From Desulfobacterales bacterium (lineage in GTDB: Bacteria > Desulfobacterota > Desulfobacteria > Desulfobacterales > JAHEIW01), in the NCBI GenBank assembly GCA_041559695.1, contig JBFFCW010000002.1:1-43361 (forward strand): DNA of 43,361 bases, written 5' to 3'. Position numbers and translations under genes: made by a program. This document shows positions 9,652-18,421 of the stretch, one piece after another; position 1 is the stretch's first letter, and each line of letters opens with the position of its first letter. A model generated the notes under the pieces. It was not told the origin of the DNA and did not search any database. It was given only the letters and a program-made list of their open reading frames with translations.

Positions 9652-9787
9652 AGCACCGATTTTTTTATCACTGCTATCTCCTTTTACTCTGAAATATCAT
9701 TATCCGGTAATCCAAAGTTGCCAGTCTAACTTATCCGTGGAAGCCGCTCCCACATTCAATATCACATGTTTATTCTGGATAATGCGC

Positions 9788-11224
9788 TTATTTTTTCACA
9801 TTAAGTGTCACAAAAATCGTCGTTCCGCCCCGATCGATTAGAAAAAGAATAGTATCCCCTTCTTTAACCTCCGCCAGCAAACGGTTCAAAGTCTTTGTAC
9901 TTTTAATCTGTTTTTTATCAATTTCAACAATAATATCACCCGGACTCAACCCAGCCTCTTCGGCTGGAGATCCGCTTTCAACCTGGACGATAATAACCCC
10001 TGAGGTTCGCGACAGGCTGTAATTTTTTGCCATCTCCGGAGTTATTTCCTGTACCTCCATACCGAGTTGTGGGTGGGCTTCACCGGGTGGGGCTGCCTCG
10101 GCTTCTTCTTTGAGTTCTTCTGTTTTTATCTGTAAATTCATTCTTTGGTTGTCGCGCATGACCTCAGCCGTAACCGTATTGCCAATAGTTGTGGACGCCA
10201 CAACAAACGGGAGATCACGGGAACTTCGAATTGTCTTGCCGTCAAATTGCAGGATCACATCACCCCGTTTGATGCCGGCTTTTTCGGCCGGCCCGCCCGA
10301 GACCACATCCGAAACAAGCGCGCCTTCGTCAGTGCTTAATCCGAGTTTGGCTTTCAGCTCCGGTGTTATATCCTGAATCATCACGCCGATCCATGACCGG
10401 CTTACTTTTCCTTGCCTCAATTGCGGGAGCAACTGTTTGGCCATGTTGATCGGTATGGAGAATCCGATTCCTATATTTCCGCCGCTCTCGGAGAAAATGG
10501 CCGAATTGACGCCGATGACTTCCCCATCAAGGTTTAAAAGCGGCCCGCCGCTGTTGCCGGGATTGATGGAAGCATCGGTTTGAATGAAATTATCGTAGGG
10601 CCCGCCTCCGATCTGGCGATATTTGGCGCTGACGATGCCAGCGGTTACCGTATTCCCCAAACCAAAAGGATTTCCGATGGCCACCACCCAATCACCGACC
10701 TCTAAGATATCAGAGTCACCCAGAATTAAATGAACCAGCGGCTTATCGGCATTGATTTTTATGAGGGCCAAATCGGTTTTCGGATCCCGCCCGACGATTT
10801 CAGCTTTAAACTCCTTTTCATCGCTCAAGCGGACCTTCAGTTCCTCGGTCTGTTCAACAACGTGATTGTTGGTCAGGATAAATCCTTCTTTGTCGATGAT
10901 AAACCCGGTTCCCAGCGCATTTTGGCGGTATTCCTTGGGTAGCTGCCCTCCGAAAAATCTTTCAAAAAAGTCGCGCAATGGATCCTCCATGCCGAAAGGT
11001 GGGGAATCCTGGCCCGGGGTGCGAATGACTTTAACCGCAATAATATTCACGACCGAAGGGCTGGCCTTTCTGATTAATTCGGCGAACGATTCCGGACATT
11101 CTTTTTCGCCAACTTTTGCCAGGACTGCTTTTTGATCGAATCCAAACACGAATCCGATGGTTAACAACGTAATAATTCCAGATATAAAAAGATACCGTGT
11201 TATTTTTTTTATTTGGTTTTGCAC
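9788..11224 (-). CDS. htrA: DegP/HtrA (Do-family) periplasmic serine endoprotease with two PDZ domains
   Basis: N-terminal TM/signal segment, TNNHV (His), D..LIK (Asp), GNSGGPLLN (Ser) and two PDZ-like repeats. GTG start. Confidence 0.9.
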   Translation of the reverse strand: MQNQIKKITRYLFISGIITLLTIGFVFGFDQKAVLAKVGEKECPESFAELIRKASPSVVNIIAVKVIRTPGQDSPPFGMEDPLRDFFERFFGGQLPKEYRQNALGTGFIIDKEGFILTNNHVVEQTEELKVRLSDEKEFKAEIVGRDPKTDLALIKINADKPLVHLILGDSDILEVGDWVVAIGNPFGLGNTVTAGIVSAKYRQIGGGPYDNFIQTDASINPGNSGGPLLNLDGEVIGVNSAIFSESGGNIGIGFSIPINMAKQLLPQLRQGKVSRSWIGVMIQDITPELKAKLGLSTDEGALVSDVVSGGPAEKAGIKRGDVILQFDGKTIRSSRDLPFVVASTTIGNTVTAEVMRDNQRMNLQIKTEELKEEAEAAPPGEAHPQLGMEVQEITPEMAKNYSLSRTSGVIIVQVESGSPAEEAGLSPGDIIVEIDKKQIKSTKTLNRLLAEVKEGDTILFLIDRGGTTIFVTLNVKK

Positions 11225-11328
11225 GGCGTCCCCTTTTTGTAAGTATTTCGCGCTATTTCCCCGATGAAAAGTGAGGAATCTAAAATTAGATGTGTATTCG
11301 CTTGGTTGAAGGCGGAGTGGCCATGGTA

Positions 11329-11796
11329 TTAACTTTGATCATCTTCTTCACGAACACTGAGCAGCGGTAACGGGCAATGACGAAACATCTTTTCGGCCTG
11401 AGAACCGAACAGTATGCCGGCAATATTGCTGCGCCCCTTGGTGCCCATTACCACCATATCTACTTTTTCCGCTTTGGCTGTTTCGATCAGTTCTGCAAAA
11501 GGCACCCCCTTTTTGATCAAAAACCGATTGGGGATCCGGGTGCAGCGCGTATCTTTCAATAGACGCTGCATTTGCTCGTTACGATCATCGATGAGACCAT
11601 TGATGTAGCCTTTCAGCGATATCTTATCAGTGTGGAGCGTGATTTGATTGACCATGTCAATATCACGCTGATTGATGACATTGACAAAAATCAGTTCCGC
11701 ACCCAAGTCCTCCGCCAGGCGGCCTGCGTGATCTGTGATTTTATTGGAAAATTCAGAAAAATCCACCGCAACCATGATTTTTTTAACTTTGCTCAT
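11329..11796 (-). CDS. Universal stress protein (UspA family)
   Basis: KIMVAVDFSE...DMVVMGTKGRSNIAGILFGSQAEKM is the typical USP ATP-binding pattern. GGAGGA ribosome-binding site upstream. Confidence 0.85.
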   Translation of the reverse strand: MSKVKKIMVAVDFSEFSNKITDHAGRLAEDLGAELIFVNVINQRDIDMVNQITLHTDKISLKGYINGLIDDRNEQMQRLLKDTRCTRIPNRFLIKKGVPFAELIETAKAEKVDMVVMGTKGRSNIAGILFGSQAEKMFRHCPLPLLSVREEDDQS

Positions 11797-11842
11797 TTTG
11801 CTTTCCTCCAGTTGATTTTGCAGAGAGAGTTATTCATTTCCT

Positions 11843-13087
11843 CTATGCATGTATTTTTGCGGGTTTGTAGGAATATATCGGATTTTCCGCATTCAAAACC
11901 ACGTTTTCTGTAATGATGTATTCCTGTAAATTTTCTATCGACGGCAATTCAAACATGATATCGAGCAGGCATGCTTCCAGAATCGTCCGCAACCCCCTGG
12001 CGCCGGATTTGCGCTTGATGGCCTGTTCGGCAATTGCAATCAGTGCGCCCTCGCTAAATCTTAAGGCGACCCCTTCCATTTCGAAGAGTTTCTGATATTG
12101 TCGGATCAACGCGTTTTTGGGTTCTTGCAATATCCGAATCAAGGCCGCTGCGTTCAAGTCGTGCAGCGGTGCAATCACCGGCAGACGACCCAGAAACTCG
12201 GGGATAAAACCGTATTGCAACAGGTCTTCCGGCCGGACTTCTTTGAGAATGTCGCCGAGAACCCCAGCTTTGCCGTGCGCGATCCTGGCGCCATACCCCA
12301 TAACTTTTGAGCCCATGCGGCTTTGAATTATTTTCTCCAGGCCGGTAAACGTGCCGCCGCAAATAAACAGGATATTGCTGGTGTCAATTTTTATGAAGTC
12401 CTGCTGAGGATGTTTGCGGCCGCCTCTGGGCGGTACACTGGTGACGGTGCCTTCGAGGATCTTCAAAAGCGCCTGCTGGACTCCTTCGCCCGAAACATCC
12501 CGACTGTCTGCGGAAGCGCCGGTCTTCCGGGCAATCTTGTCGATTTCGTCGATGTAGACAATTCCCTGATGGGTTCTGTCGATATCGTAGTCGGCGTTTT
12601 GCAGCAAATACAGAATGATATTTTCGACGTCTTCACCGACATAGCCGGCTTGCGTTAACGGGGTTGCATCGGCAATCGCAAACGGCACGTTCAGGAACCC
12701 CGCCAGAGTTTGCGCAAGCAAGGTTTTGCCGCTTCCGGTCGGCCCGATTAAAAGTATATTGCTCTTTTGGATTTCGACGTCCGCGCCGTGATTACCGGTG
12801 TCAAGGCGCTTGTAATGGTTATAAACAGCCACCGATAGGATCTTTTTGGCCGCTTCCTGCTCAATTACGGATTCATCCAGTTTTTCTTTGATTTCTTTTG
12901 GTGTCAGTCTGTGCGGAAATTTTTTTGCACCCCCCCTTTTTTCTTCTTCTAAAAGTTTATCGCACAGGCGGACGCATTCATCACAGATATAAACGGCCGG
13001 CCCGGCAATTAATTTTTTTACTACGGATTGTTCCTTGCCGCAAAATGAGCAAAACAAGCTGTTACCGTAATTATTGTCCTCTAACAT
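11843..13087 (-). CDS. clpX: ClpX-type AAA+ unfoldase (paralogue-like: no adjacent clpP, variant IGF loop)
   Basis: Motifs seen: N-terminal zinc ribbon CSFCGK...CDEC, Walker A GPTGSGKT, pore loop GYVG, RKH loop and sensor GARGLR. The ClpP-docking tripeptide reads MGY (nt 12293-12301). Confidence 0.85.
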   Translation of the reverse strand: MLEDNNYGNSLFCSFCGKEQSVVKKLIAGPAVYICDECVRLCDKLLEEEKRGGAKKFPHRLTPKEIKEKLDESVIEQEAAKKILSVAVYNHYKRLDTGNHGADVEIQKSNILLIGPTGSGKTLLAQTLAGFLNVPFAIADATPLTQAGYVGEDVENIILYLLQNADYDIDRTHQGIVYIDEIDKIARKTGASADSRDVSGEGVQQALLKILEGTVTSVPPRGGRKHPQQDFIKIDTSNILFICGGTFTGLEKIIQSRMGSKVMGYGARIAHGKAGVLGDILKEVRPEDLLQYGFIPEFLGRLPVIAPLHDLNAAALIRILQEPKNALIRQYQKLFEMEGVALRFSEGALIAIAEQAIKRKSGARGLRTILEACLLDIMFELPSIENLQEYIITENVVLNAENPIYSYKPAKIHA

Positions 13088-13193
13088 TTCACCCAGCCTT
13101 CTGCTTCAATTACTAAAGTCCAGTCCAATCTGTGTTTACGCAATACATACGTTTTATTTTTGACTTGATTCAGGACCGGGTATGCAAGCCAGA

Positions 13194-14156
13194 CTAATTG
13201 ACAGATGGATTCAATTCGGATCTTTTTCGACCCACCGTAAATTTACGGGTCCACCTGAATAGCTTTCTGCGAAACGAACGAGCGATTAATCTCTTAATAT
13301 TTTCGATTTGGGACTCCGCAGCTTTTTCTCCCTGCAAGATTACCTCTTCATAGTTCATAAAATTGGCCCAATCCACCTGCCGAACAGCTGGTTCTATCAG
13401 AAGGTCGGCGAATTCTCGTCCCCGACGACTCAAATGGTAACCCATGATTTCCGTGGCACGGGTTATCGCATCAATACCGTCTCTGATGGAAGTGGCTTGC
13501 TTAATGCTCAATCCGACATCCACCGCGACAATAACGTCTGCTCCAATGTCTCCTATCAGATCCGCCGGCAGGGGATTCGCAACACCACCGTCCACCAGTA
13601 ACCTCCCGTTCCAGGGTATGGGTGGCATAAAACCGGGTACCGCGCAACTTGCCATTACTGCCGCAATCAGCTGCCCCTGGTTCAGGACAATTTGTTCACC
13701 TGTATAAAGATCAACTGCCAACGCGTTGAACGGAATGGCGGTTTGTTCGATGTTTATATCCGCTACAAAGGCTTCAACGGCATCTCTCATATCTTTCATA
13801 GAAAACAAGGCATTTCTAAACATGGCCATGCTGACAAAAACTTCTTTCTGCGCAAAGCGATAAATACGATCGAACCAGTCGGCTTTTGTGCCGTCGTCCC
13901 ATTGCATTCTGCAGAGCAATTTGAGATTCTTTGCATTATTGCCATCTGATCCAAGAACTTCCAGGATCCTTTGTTTTAAAGCCTCGGCATCAGGGTTTGT
14001 GGCATAGGCGGCTCCTACCAAAGACCCGATACTGGTGCCTACGATCATATCAACGGGGATATCATTACGCTCGAGCACTTTTAAAACACCGATGTGGGCC
14101 AGTCCCCGTGCACCGCCGCCGCCCAGGGTCAAACTGAGTTTGATGCGTTTACGCAT
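13194..14156 (-). CDS. Patatin-like phospholipase (RssA-like)
   Basis: Oxyanion GGGGARG, nucleophile elbow GTSIGS (GxSxG) and catalytic DGG (VDGGVANPLP). Confidence 0.85.
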   Translation of the reverse strand: MRKRIKLSLTLGGGGARGLAHIGVLKVLERNDIPVDMIVGTSIGSLVGAAYATNPDAEALKQRILEVLGSDGNNAKNLKLLCRMQWDDGTKADWFDRIYRFAQKEVFVSMAMFRNALFSMKDMRDAVEAFVADINIEQTAIPFNALAVDLYTGEQIVLNQGQLIAAVMASCAVPGFMPPIPWNGRLLVDGGVANPLPADLIGDIGADVIVAVDVGLSIKQATSIRDGIDAITRATEIMGYHLSRRGREFADLLIEPAVRQVDWANFMNYEEVILQGEKAAESQIENIKRLIARSFRRKLFRWTRKFTVGRKRSELNPSVN

Positions 14157-14360
14157 TGGCTTGAATGTCTCCCAAAGATGGTGAGTAAAAGGCGGGGAAG
14201 GTTTGACTTTTGAAAGAACCCTTTCCCCTCCTTAGTTCTGATTATTCGTCGTTTTTCCCGCATTCCACATACGATACTTCTTCTTTTTTGCCCCGCCGGG
14301 AAAAATATTCGCCGACGGATCCCGGGAGTTAAATTCGGGTGCACCCTGCTCAAGATACAC

Positions 14361-14376
14361 AGCAATCCATATGCCA
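14361..14376 (-). promoter_or_regulatory. Sigma-54 (-24/-12) promoter reading toward the patatin-like gene
   Basis: The minus strand reads TGGCATATGGATTGCT with correct GG-N10-GC spacing, about 195 nt upstream of start 14156. Confidence 0.55.
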
Positions 14377-14628
14377 AATATTTAACTTGCTGAAATCAAT
14401 ATGATTAATTTTTTTTATGAATCGTGGATCGGAACTTGCGATTCGGGTATCGGAAAAAAATCGGAATCGGGAATTCCTCTCCGGCGAGGTTTTTAACTTC
14501 ATCGCCTTCCTTAGGAATATTTCCCTTAAAAAGATTTAATCTGGCAGTACCTATTTTCTTATAAGATTCAGGCACTTTTAAGGCGCATCCATTTCTATGC
14601 GCCATGTATTTAAGCCCTGTGATAAAAT

Positions 14629-14644
14629 TGGCATATCAATTGCC
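14629..14644 (+). promoter_or_regulatory. Sigma-54 (-24/-12) promoter upstream of the 148-aa hypothetical gene
   Basis: TGGCATATCAATTGCC with correct GG-N10-GC spacing, 37-55 nt upstream of candidate starts 14681/14699. Confidence 0.6.
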
Positions 14645-14680
14645 TTGATATGTATCTTTGATCCTAATTTTGAAATTTGA

Positions 14681-15127
14681 ATGAAATGGAGAATGGGAAT
14701 GAAAGCCTATCAAAAAAATTATGTAGGTCTCTGGATAGACCATCGCCAGGCAGTTATTGTGTCCATCACCGATGGCGGTGAAACCATCAAGCATATCGAT
14801 TCCGGCATCGAGCGCAAAGTCAGACTGTCCGGCGGATCCCGCACCTCTAAAACGCCATACGGGCCCCAGCAGGTTTCCGTTGACGGTAAACAGGAAGAGC
14901 GGATTAAACGACAGCTGCGCCAGTACTATCGAGCAATTCTTCGAAGAATTCAAGATGCACATAAAATCTTGATTTTTGGCCCCGGAGAAGCCAAAACTGA
15001 ATTAAAAAAAGAAATGAAAAAATCCGGGGAACTCGCGGCAAAAAAAATTACGGTGGAAACAGCAGATAAAATGACCGAAAGGCAAATTGCCGCCAGCGTC
15101 AGACAGTTTTTTGGGTGTTCGCAATAA
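14681..15127 (+). CDS. Hypothetical protein (by-eye resemblance to small eRF1/Pelota-C-like 'host-attachment'-type proteins)
   Basis: 148-aa ORF. ATG 14699, preceded by GGAGA (14688-14692), is the more likely start. The segment KILIFGPGEAKTELKKEM resembles the (I/V)xxAGPGxxK segment of Pelota/eRF1 C-domains. No firm family assignment. Confidence 0.6.
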   Translation: MKWRMGMKAYQKNYVGLWIDHRQAVIVSITDGGETIKHIDSGIERKVRLSGGSRTSKTPYGPQQVSVDGKQEERIKRQLRQYYRAILRRIQDAHKILIFGPGEAKTELKKEMKKSGELAAKKITVETADKMTERQIAASVRQFFGCSQ

Positions 15128-15255
15128 TACCGTATTTGCCTTCGCCGAAATACTTCACAGCAAACCGGCGATGCTGCGGAGCTCGGCGAAGTCAGCAACA
15201 GTGGCACCCTGTTCTACTATTTAAATCTGAATAAAAAAATGTGACGGAGCCTGTT

Positions 15256-15906
15256 ATGCTAGCATTTTTTTTCAAAAAAGAGCGTCAGCTCGAATCGCTG
15301 ATTTACAGTTATCTGGAAAATATGGGCAAAATTCAAAACCATTTTGTCAAGGCCATGAAAACCTGTCTGAAAGACGGGATCTGTGACGATTTTAATTTCC
15401 TGATGGATCAGACCCATAAATATGAATCCAGAGCGGACGACCTGCGGGATGAAATCAATGAGTTGATGTACAGTCGTGCCCTGATTCCCGAGTCGCGGGA
15501 GGACGTCATGGCACTAATTGAACGCGTTGATGAGATTCCGCGGTCTTTCGAGCAGATTTTAAACATGATGCGTACGCAAAAAATCGCCATTCCAGAATTT
15601 CTGGTGCTCGACATTCAGGAACTCATCCGGGTTTCAATGGAAAGCTGCGAGCTTATGGCCAAGCAGATTGATGTGATGATGAAAAAAAAAGAGGGCATCA
15701 GGATATTGATGTCGACGATTGATCAGAATGAGAGCCATTGCGACCATATCGAACGTAGAATTATTTCAAGAATATTTGATTCCGACCTCGACCCATTCCA
15801 AAAATTGCAACTAAAAGAGATCGTCGTTACCATGGGGGAAATATCGGATCAGACCGATCGCGTCTCGAAACGGGTCAATATCATGGCCATGAAACGGCGG
15901 GTCTAA
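15256..15906 (+). CDS. DUF47/PhoU-like protein (phosphate-transport accessory type)
   Basis: Helical ~215-aa protein directly upstream of, and overlapping (TAATG), a PiT transporter gene; this is the classic DUF47-PiT pair. ATG 15256 has GGAG 7 nt upstream; the track start is GTG 15241. Confidence 0.7.
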   Translation: MLAFFFKKERQLESLIYSYLENMGKIQNHFVKAMKTCLKDGICDDFNFLMDQTHKYESRADDLRDEINELMYSRALIPESREDVMALIERVDEIPRSFEQILNMMRTQKIAIPEFLVLDIQELIRVSMESCELMAKQIDVMMKKKEGIRILMSTIDQNESHCDHIERRIISRIFDSDLDPFQKLQLKEIVVTMGEISDQTDRVSKRVNIMAMKRRV

Positions 15907-16850
15907 TGCTATCGCTTTTGGGTGGAATTTTTCTGGGATGGTCTCTGGGTGCCAATGATGCATCCAATGCCTTCGGTTCGGCGGTGTCCTCGCGCATGGT
16001 CAAGTTCTGGACGGCTGCAGTATTAGCCGCGCTTTTTGTGGTGCTGGGAGCCATCCTCGAGGGCCGGGCCGGAATCGAGACGTTACAAGGCCTGACCGGG
16101 TTGACACTCAAAATGGCGGTGGTCTCATCGGTTGCCGCTGCTGTCACTGTCACCATTATGACCCTGCTGGGTCTGCCGGTGTCGACGTCCCAGGCGGCCG
16201 TCGGCGCCATTTTAGGCATCGGTTTTTTGAACAAACAGCTGAATGTAGCCGGTCTGGGTAAAGTGGTTGCATGCTGGTTCGGCACCCCGATCGGCGGCCT
16301 GCTGATCGCGATGGTGCTTTATCGATTGCTGGCGGTGTTATTCAATCGCAGCCGAATCGATATATTCAAATCCGACATCCTGCTTCGTCTGGCGTTGATT
16401 GTTGCCGGATCCTATGCGGCCTATGCCCTGGGAGCCAACAATGTTGCTAATGTGACCGCTGTGTTTGTGGGCGCCGGGCAGTTGACCGTTTTCAGTGCTT
16501 CGGTGGTGGGCGGTTCCAGCATTGCCCTGGGTATTCTGACCTTCAGCCGGGGAGTCATGGAAACGGTGGGAAAAAAGCTGGTGCGTCTGGATCCTTTTTC
16601 GGCCCTCGTGGTCGTCCTGGCCGAAGGCCTTACGGTTCATTTTTATACATTTGTCGGGGTTCCGGTTTCGACGTCCCAGGCGGTGATCGGGGCCGTGTTG
16701 GGCGTGGGAGTCGTCAAAGGGATCAACACGGTCAGCCGGCGAACGCTAAGCAACATTTTGATCGGATGGTTACTGACACCGGCAATTGCCTGTTTCATCG
16801 CTGTTGCACTCTATTTTGCGGTTAATCTTCGCTTTATACCGGAGTTCTGA
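15906..16850 (+). CDS. Inorganic phosphate transporter, PiT (PHO4) family
   Basis: Duplicated GANDxxNxxG signature (GANDASNAFGS and GANNVANVTA) and a polytopic membrane profile. Confidence 0.85.
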   Translation: MLSLLGGIFLGWSLGANDASNAFGSAVSSRMVKFWTAAVLAALFVVLGAILEGRAGIETLQGLTGLTLKMAVVSSVAAAVTVTIMTLLGLPVSTSQAAVGAILGIGFLNKQLNVAGLGKVVACWFGTPIGGLLIAMVLYRLLAVLFNRSRIDIFKSDILLRLALIVAGSYAAYALGANNVANVTAVFVGAGQLTVFSASVVGGSSIALGILTFSRGVMETVGKKLVRLDPFSALVVVLAEGLTVHFYTFVGVPVSTSQAVIGAVLGVGVVKGINTVSRRTLSNILIGWLLTPAIACFIAVALYFAVNLRFIPEF

Positions 16851-16916
16851 GCAAATGCCGCGGATCTTCAGGCTAGTTGGTGAGGGCATGCCGATAATGA
16901 TAATACGAGGTCAAAC

Positions 16917-18290
16917 ATGTCTGAAAATCAAGCGAAAGTTGAATCGCAACCGCTTCTTTTAGGGGAATTGATTCAATTCAACGATTCAGCACAAATCGAA
17001 GCTGCTTTTGGGGAAATGCCGCCGGTAGAAATGGCCCGCATGATTTCCAGCCTCAATAAAGCCGATCACATTCATCTTCTTGAATTACTGGGGCCGGAGA
17101 AATCCGCCAGCATAATTTCGAAAATATCCGGTCTGGGCGCGGCGGATATGGTTGCGCAACTGACATCCGAACAGGCGGCACCGATCGTAAATGAATTGCC
17201 ACGTCAGCTGCAGGTCAACCTTCTCAGGCACATGAAGAAAAGTAGGGCCAGCGAGATACTGCACGCCATAAAACCGCAAAAAGTCAAAAAGCTCGAAAGG
17301 CTTATGCGTTATCCGGAGAATACGTCCGGCGGGTTGATGATCACCGAATACCTTTCATACCCTGAAGACATGCGGGTCAGGGAGGTGCTGGATGACCTGC
17401 GTGAACACGGCGAGACCTATTCTGATTTTGATATTCAGTACGCCTATGTGGTTTCTAAAACAGGCCATTTGAGCGGTGTGTTGCGGTTGCGGGACCTTCT
17501 CATGGCACCCAGAGACCGGCTGCTCAGCGAAACGATGATCAAAAGTCCCCTGCACGTCAACCTCAATGCCTCCCTGCGGGATTTGAAGGATTTTTTCAGG
17601 CAGTATACGTTTTTGGGTGCTCCGGTAACCGACGATGAAGGCAAACTGGTGGGTGTGATCCGGAGTTCATCTGTGAGAGAGGCGGCCAACCGGCAGAACA
17701 ACCAGCTGTTTTTGAAATTTGCCGGTATCGTCGGCGGCGAAGAGTCCAGGAGCATGTCGCTGTTCAAGCGGTCATCGCGTCGTCTGTCCTGGCTCAGCAT
17801 CAACATTGTTCTTAACATTATGGCCGCCAGTGTGATTGCGTTATACCAGGACACTTTGGAAAAAGCGATTGTGCTCGCTGTGTTTCTGCCCATTATATCC
17901 GATATGAGCGGTTGCTCGGGCAATCAGGCCGTGGCCGTAAGTATTCGGGAACTCACCCTGGGCCTGGTGCGTCCCAAAGAGTTATTGCGGGTTTTAACCA
18001 AGGAATCCTCGATCGGAATTATTAATGGTCTGGTGCTGGGATGTCTGCTCGGCGGAGCGGCGTTGTTGTGGAAAGGCAATCCCTATCTGGGGCTGATCGT
18101 TGGTGCCGCACTGGCAGCCAATACTCTTGTGGCCGTGAGTTTCGGGGGGCTCGTCCCGCTGATTCTAAGGGGCCTGCGCACCGATCCGGCCCTGGCATCC
18201 GGACCGCTGTTGACGACGGTTACGGATATCTGCGGATTTTTCTTTGTCTTAAGCTTTGCGTCGATACTTCTTCCAAGGTTGGCAGGATAG
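16917..18290 (+). CDS. mgtE: Magnesium transporter MgtE
   Basis: MgtE_N-like N-domain, CBS pair (MITEYLSY..., MIKSPLHV...) and TM domain with LPIISDMSGCSGNQAV. Confidence 0.9.
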   Translation: MSENQAKVESQPLLLGELIQFNDSAQIEAAFGEMPPVEMARMISSLNKADHIHLLELLGPEKSASIISKISGLGAADMVAQLTSEQAAPIVNELPRQLQVNLLRHMKKSRASEILHAIKPQKVKKLERLMRYPENTSGGLMITEYLSYPEDMRVREVLDDLREHGETYSDFDIQYAYVVSKTGHLSGVLRLRDLLMAPRDRLLSETMIKSPLHVNLNASLRDLKDFFRQYTFLGAPVTDDEGKLVGVIRSSSVREAANRQNNQLFLKFAGIVGGEESRSMSLFKRSSRRLSWLSINIVLNIMAASVIALYQDTLEKAIVLAVFLPIISDMSGCSGNQAVAVSIRELTLGLVRPKELLRVLTKESSIGIINGLVLGCLLGGAALLWKGNPYLGLIVGAALAANTLVAVSFGGLVPLILRGLRTDPALASGPLLTTVTDICGFFFVLSFASILLPRLAG

Positions 18291-18421
18291 GAATGCTGAT
18301 GAAAAATATTAACAAAAGTGCAGCGTTTCAAAGAAAAGAAGATGGATGAATTACTGAAAATTTCCCTGTCCGGCACTCCGAGGGATATTTTGTGCAGATT
18401 GAAAGAAATTGGTAAGGGCTA

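Noticed and set aside
11998-12013. TGGCGCcggatTTGCG with correct sigma-54 spacing
   Set aside because: It lies inside clpX on the antisense strand with no plus-strand gene to serve. It is most likely a chance match, though an antisense RNA cannot be excluded.
14129-14377. 82-aa minus-strand ORF overlapping the patatin-like gene start
   Set aside because: It begins exactly at the sigma-54 promoter element, overlaps the patatin-like start, has an Arg/Ile-rich low-complexity composition and has no Shine-Dalgarno sequence.
14405-14605. 66-aa minus-strand ORF between the two sigma-54 promoters
   Set aside because: It has no convincing ribosome-binding site and no recognisable family. Its C-terminal part is encoded by the TCGG repeat array, which is better explained as a regulatory repeat. 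It is kept only as a caveat to the promoter finding.
15202-15217. Sigma-54-like TGGCACcctgttcta upstream of the DUF47/PiT pair
   Set aside because: The -24 half is perfect, but the -12 position reads TA instead of the near-invariant GC.
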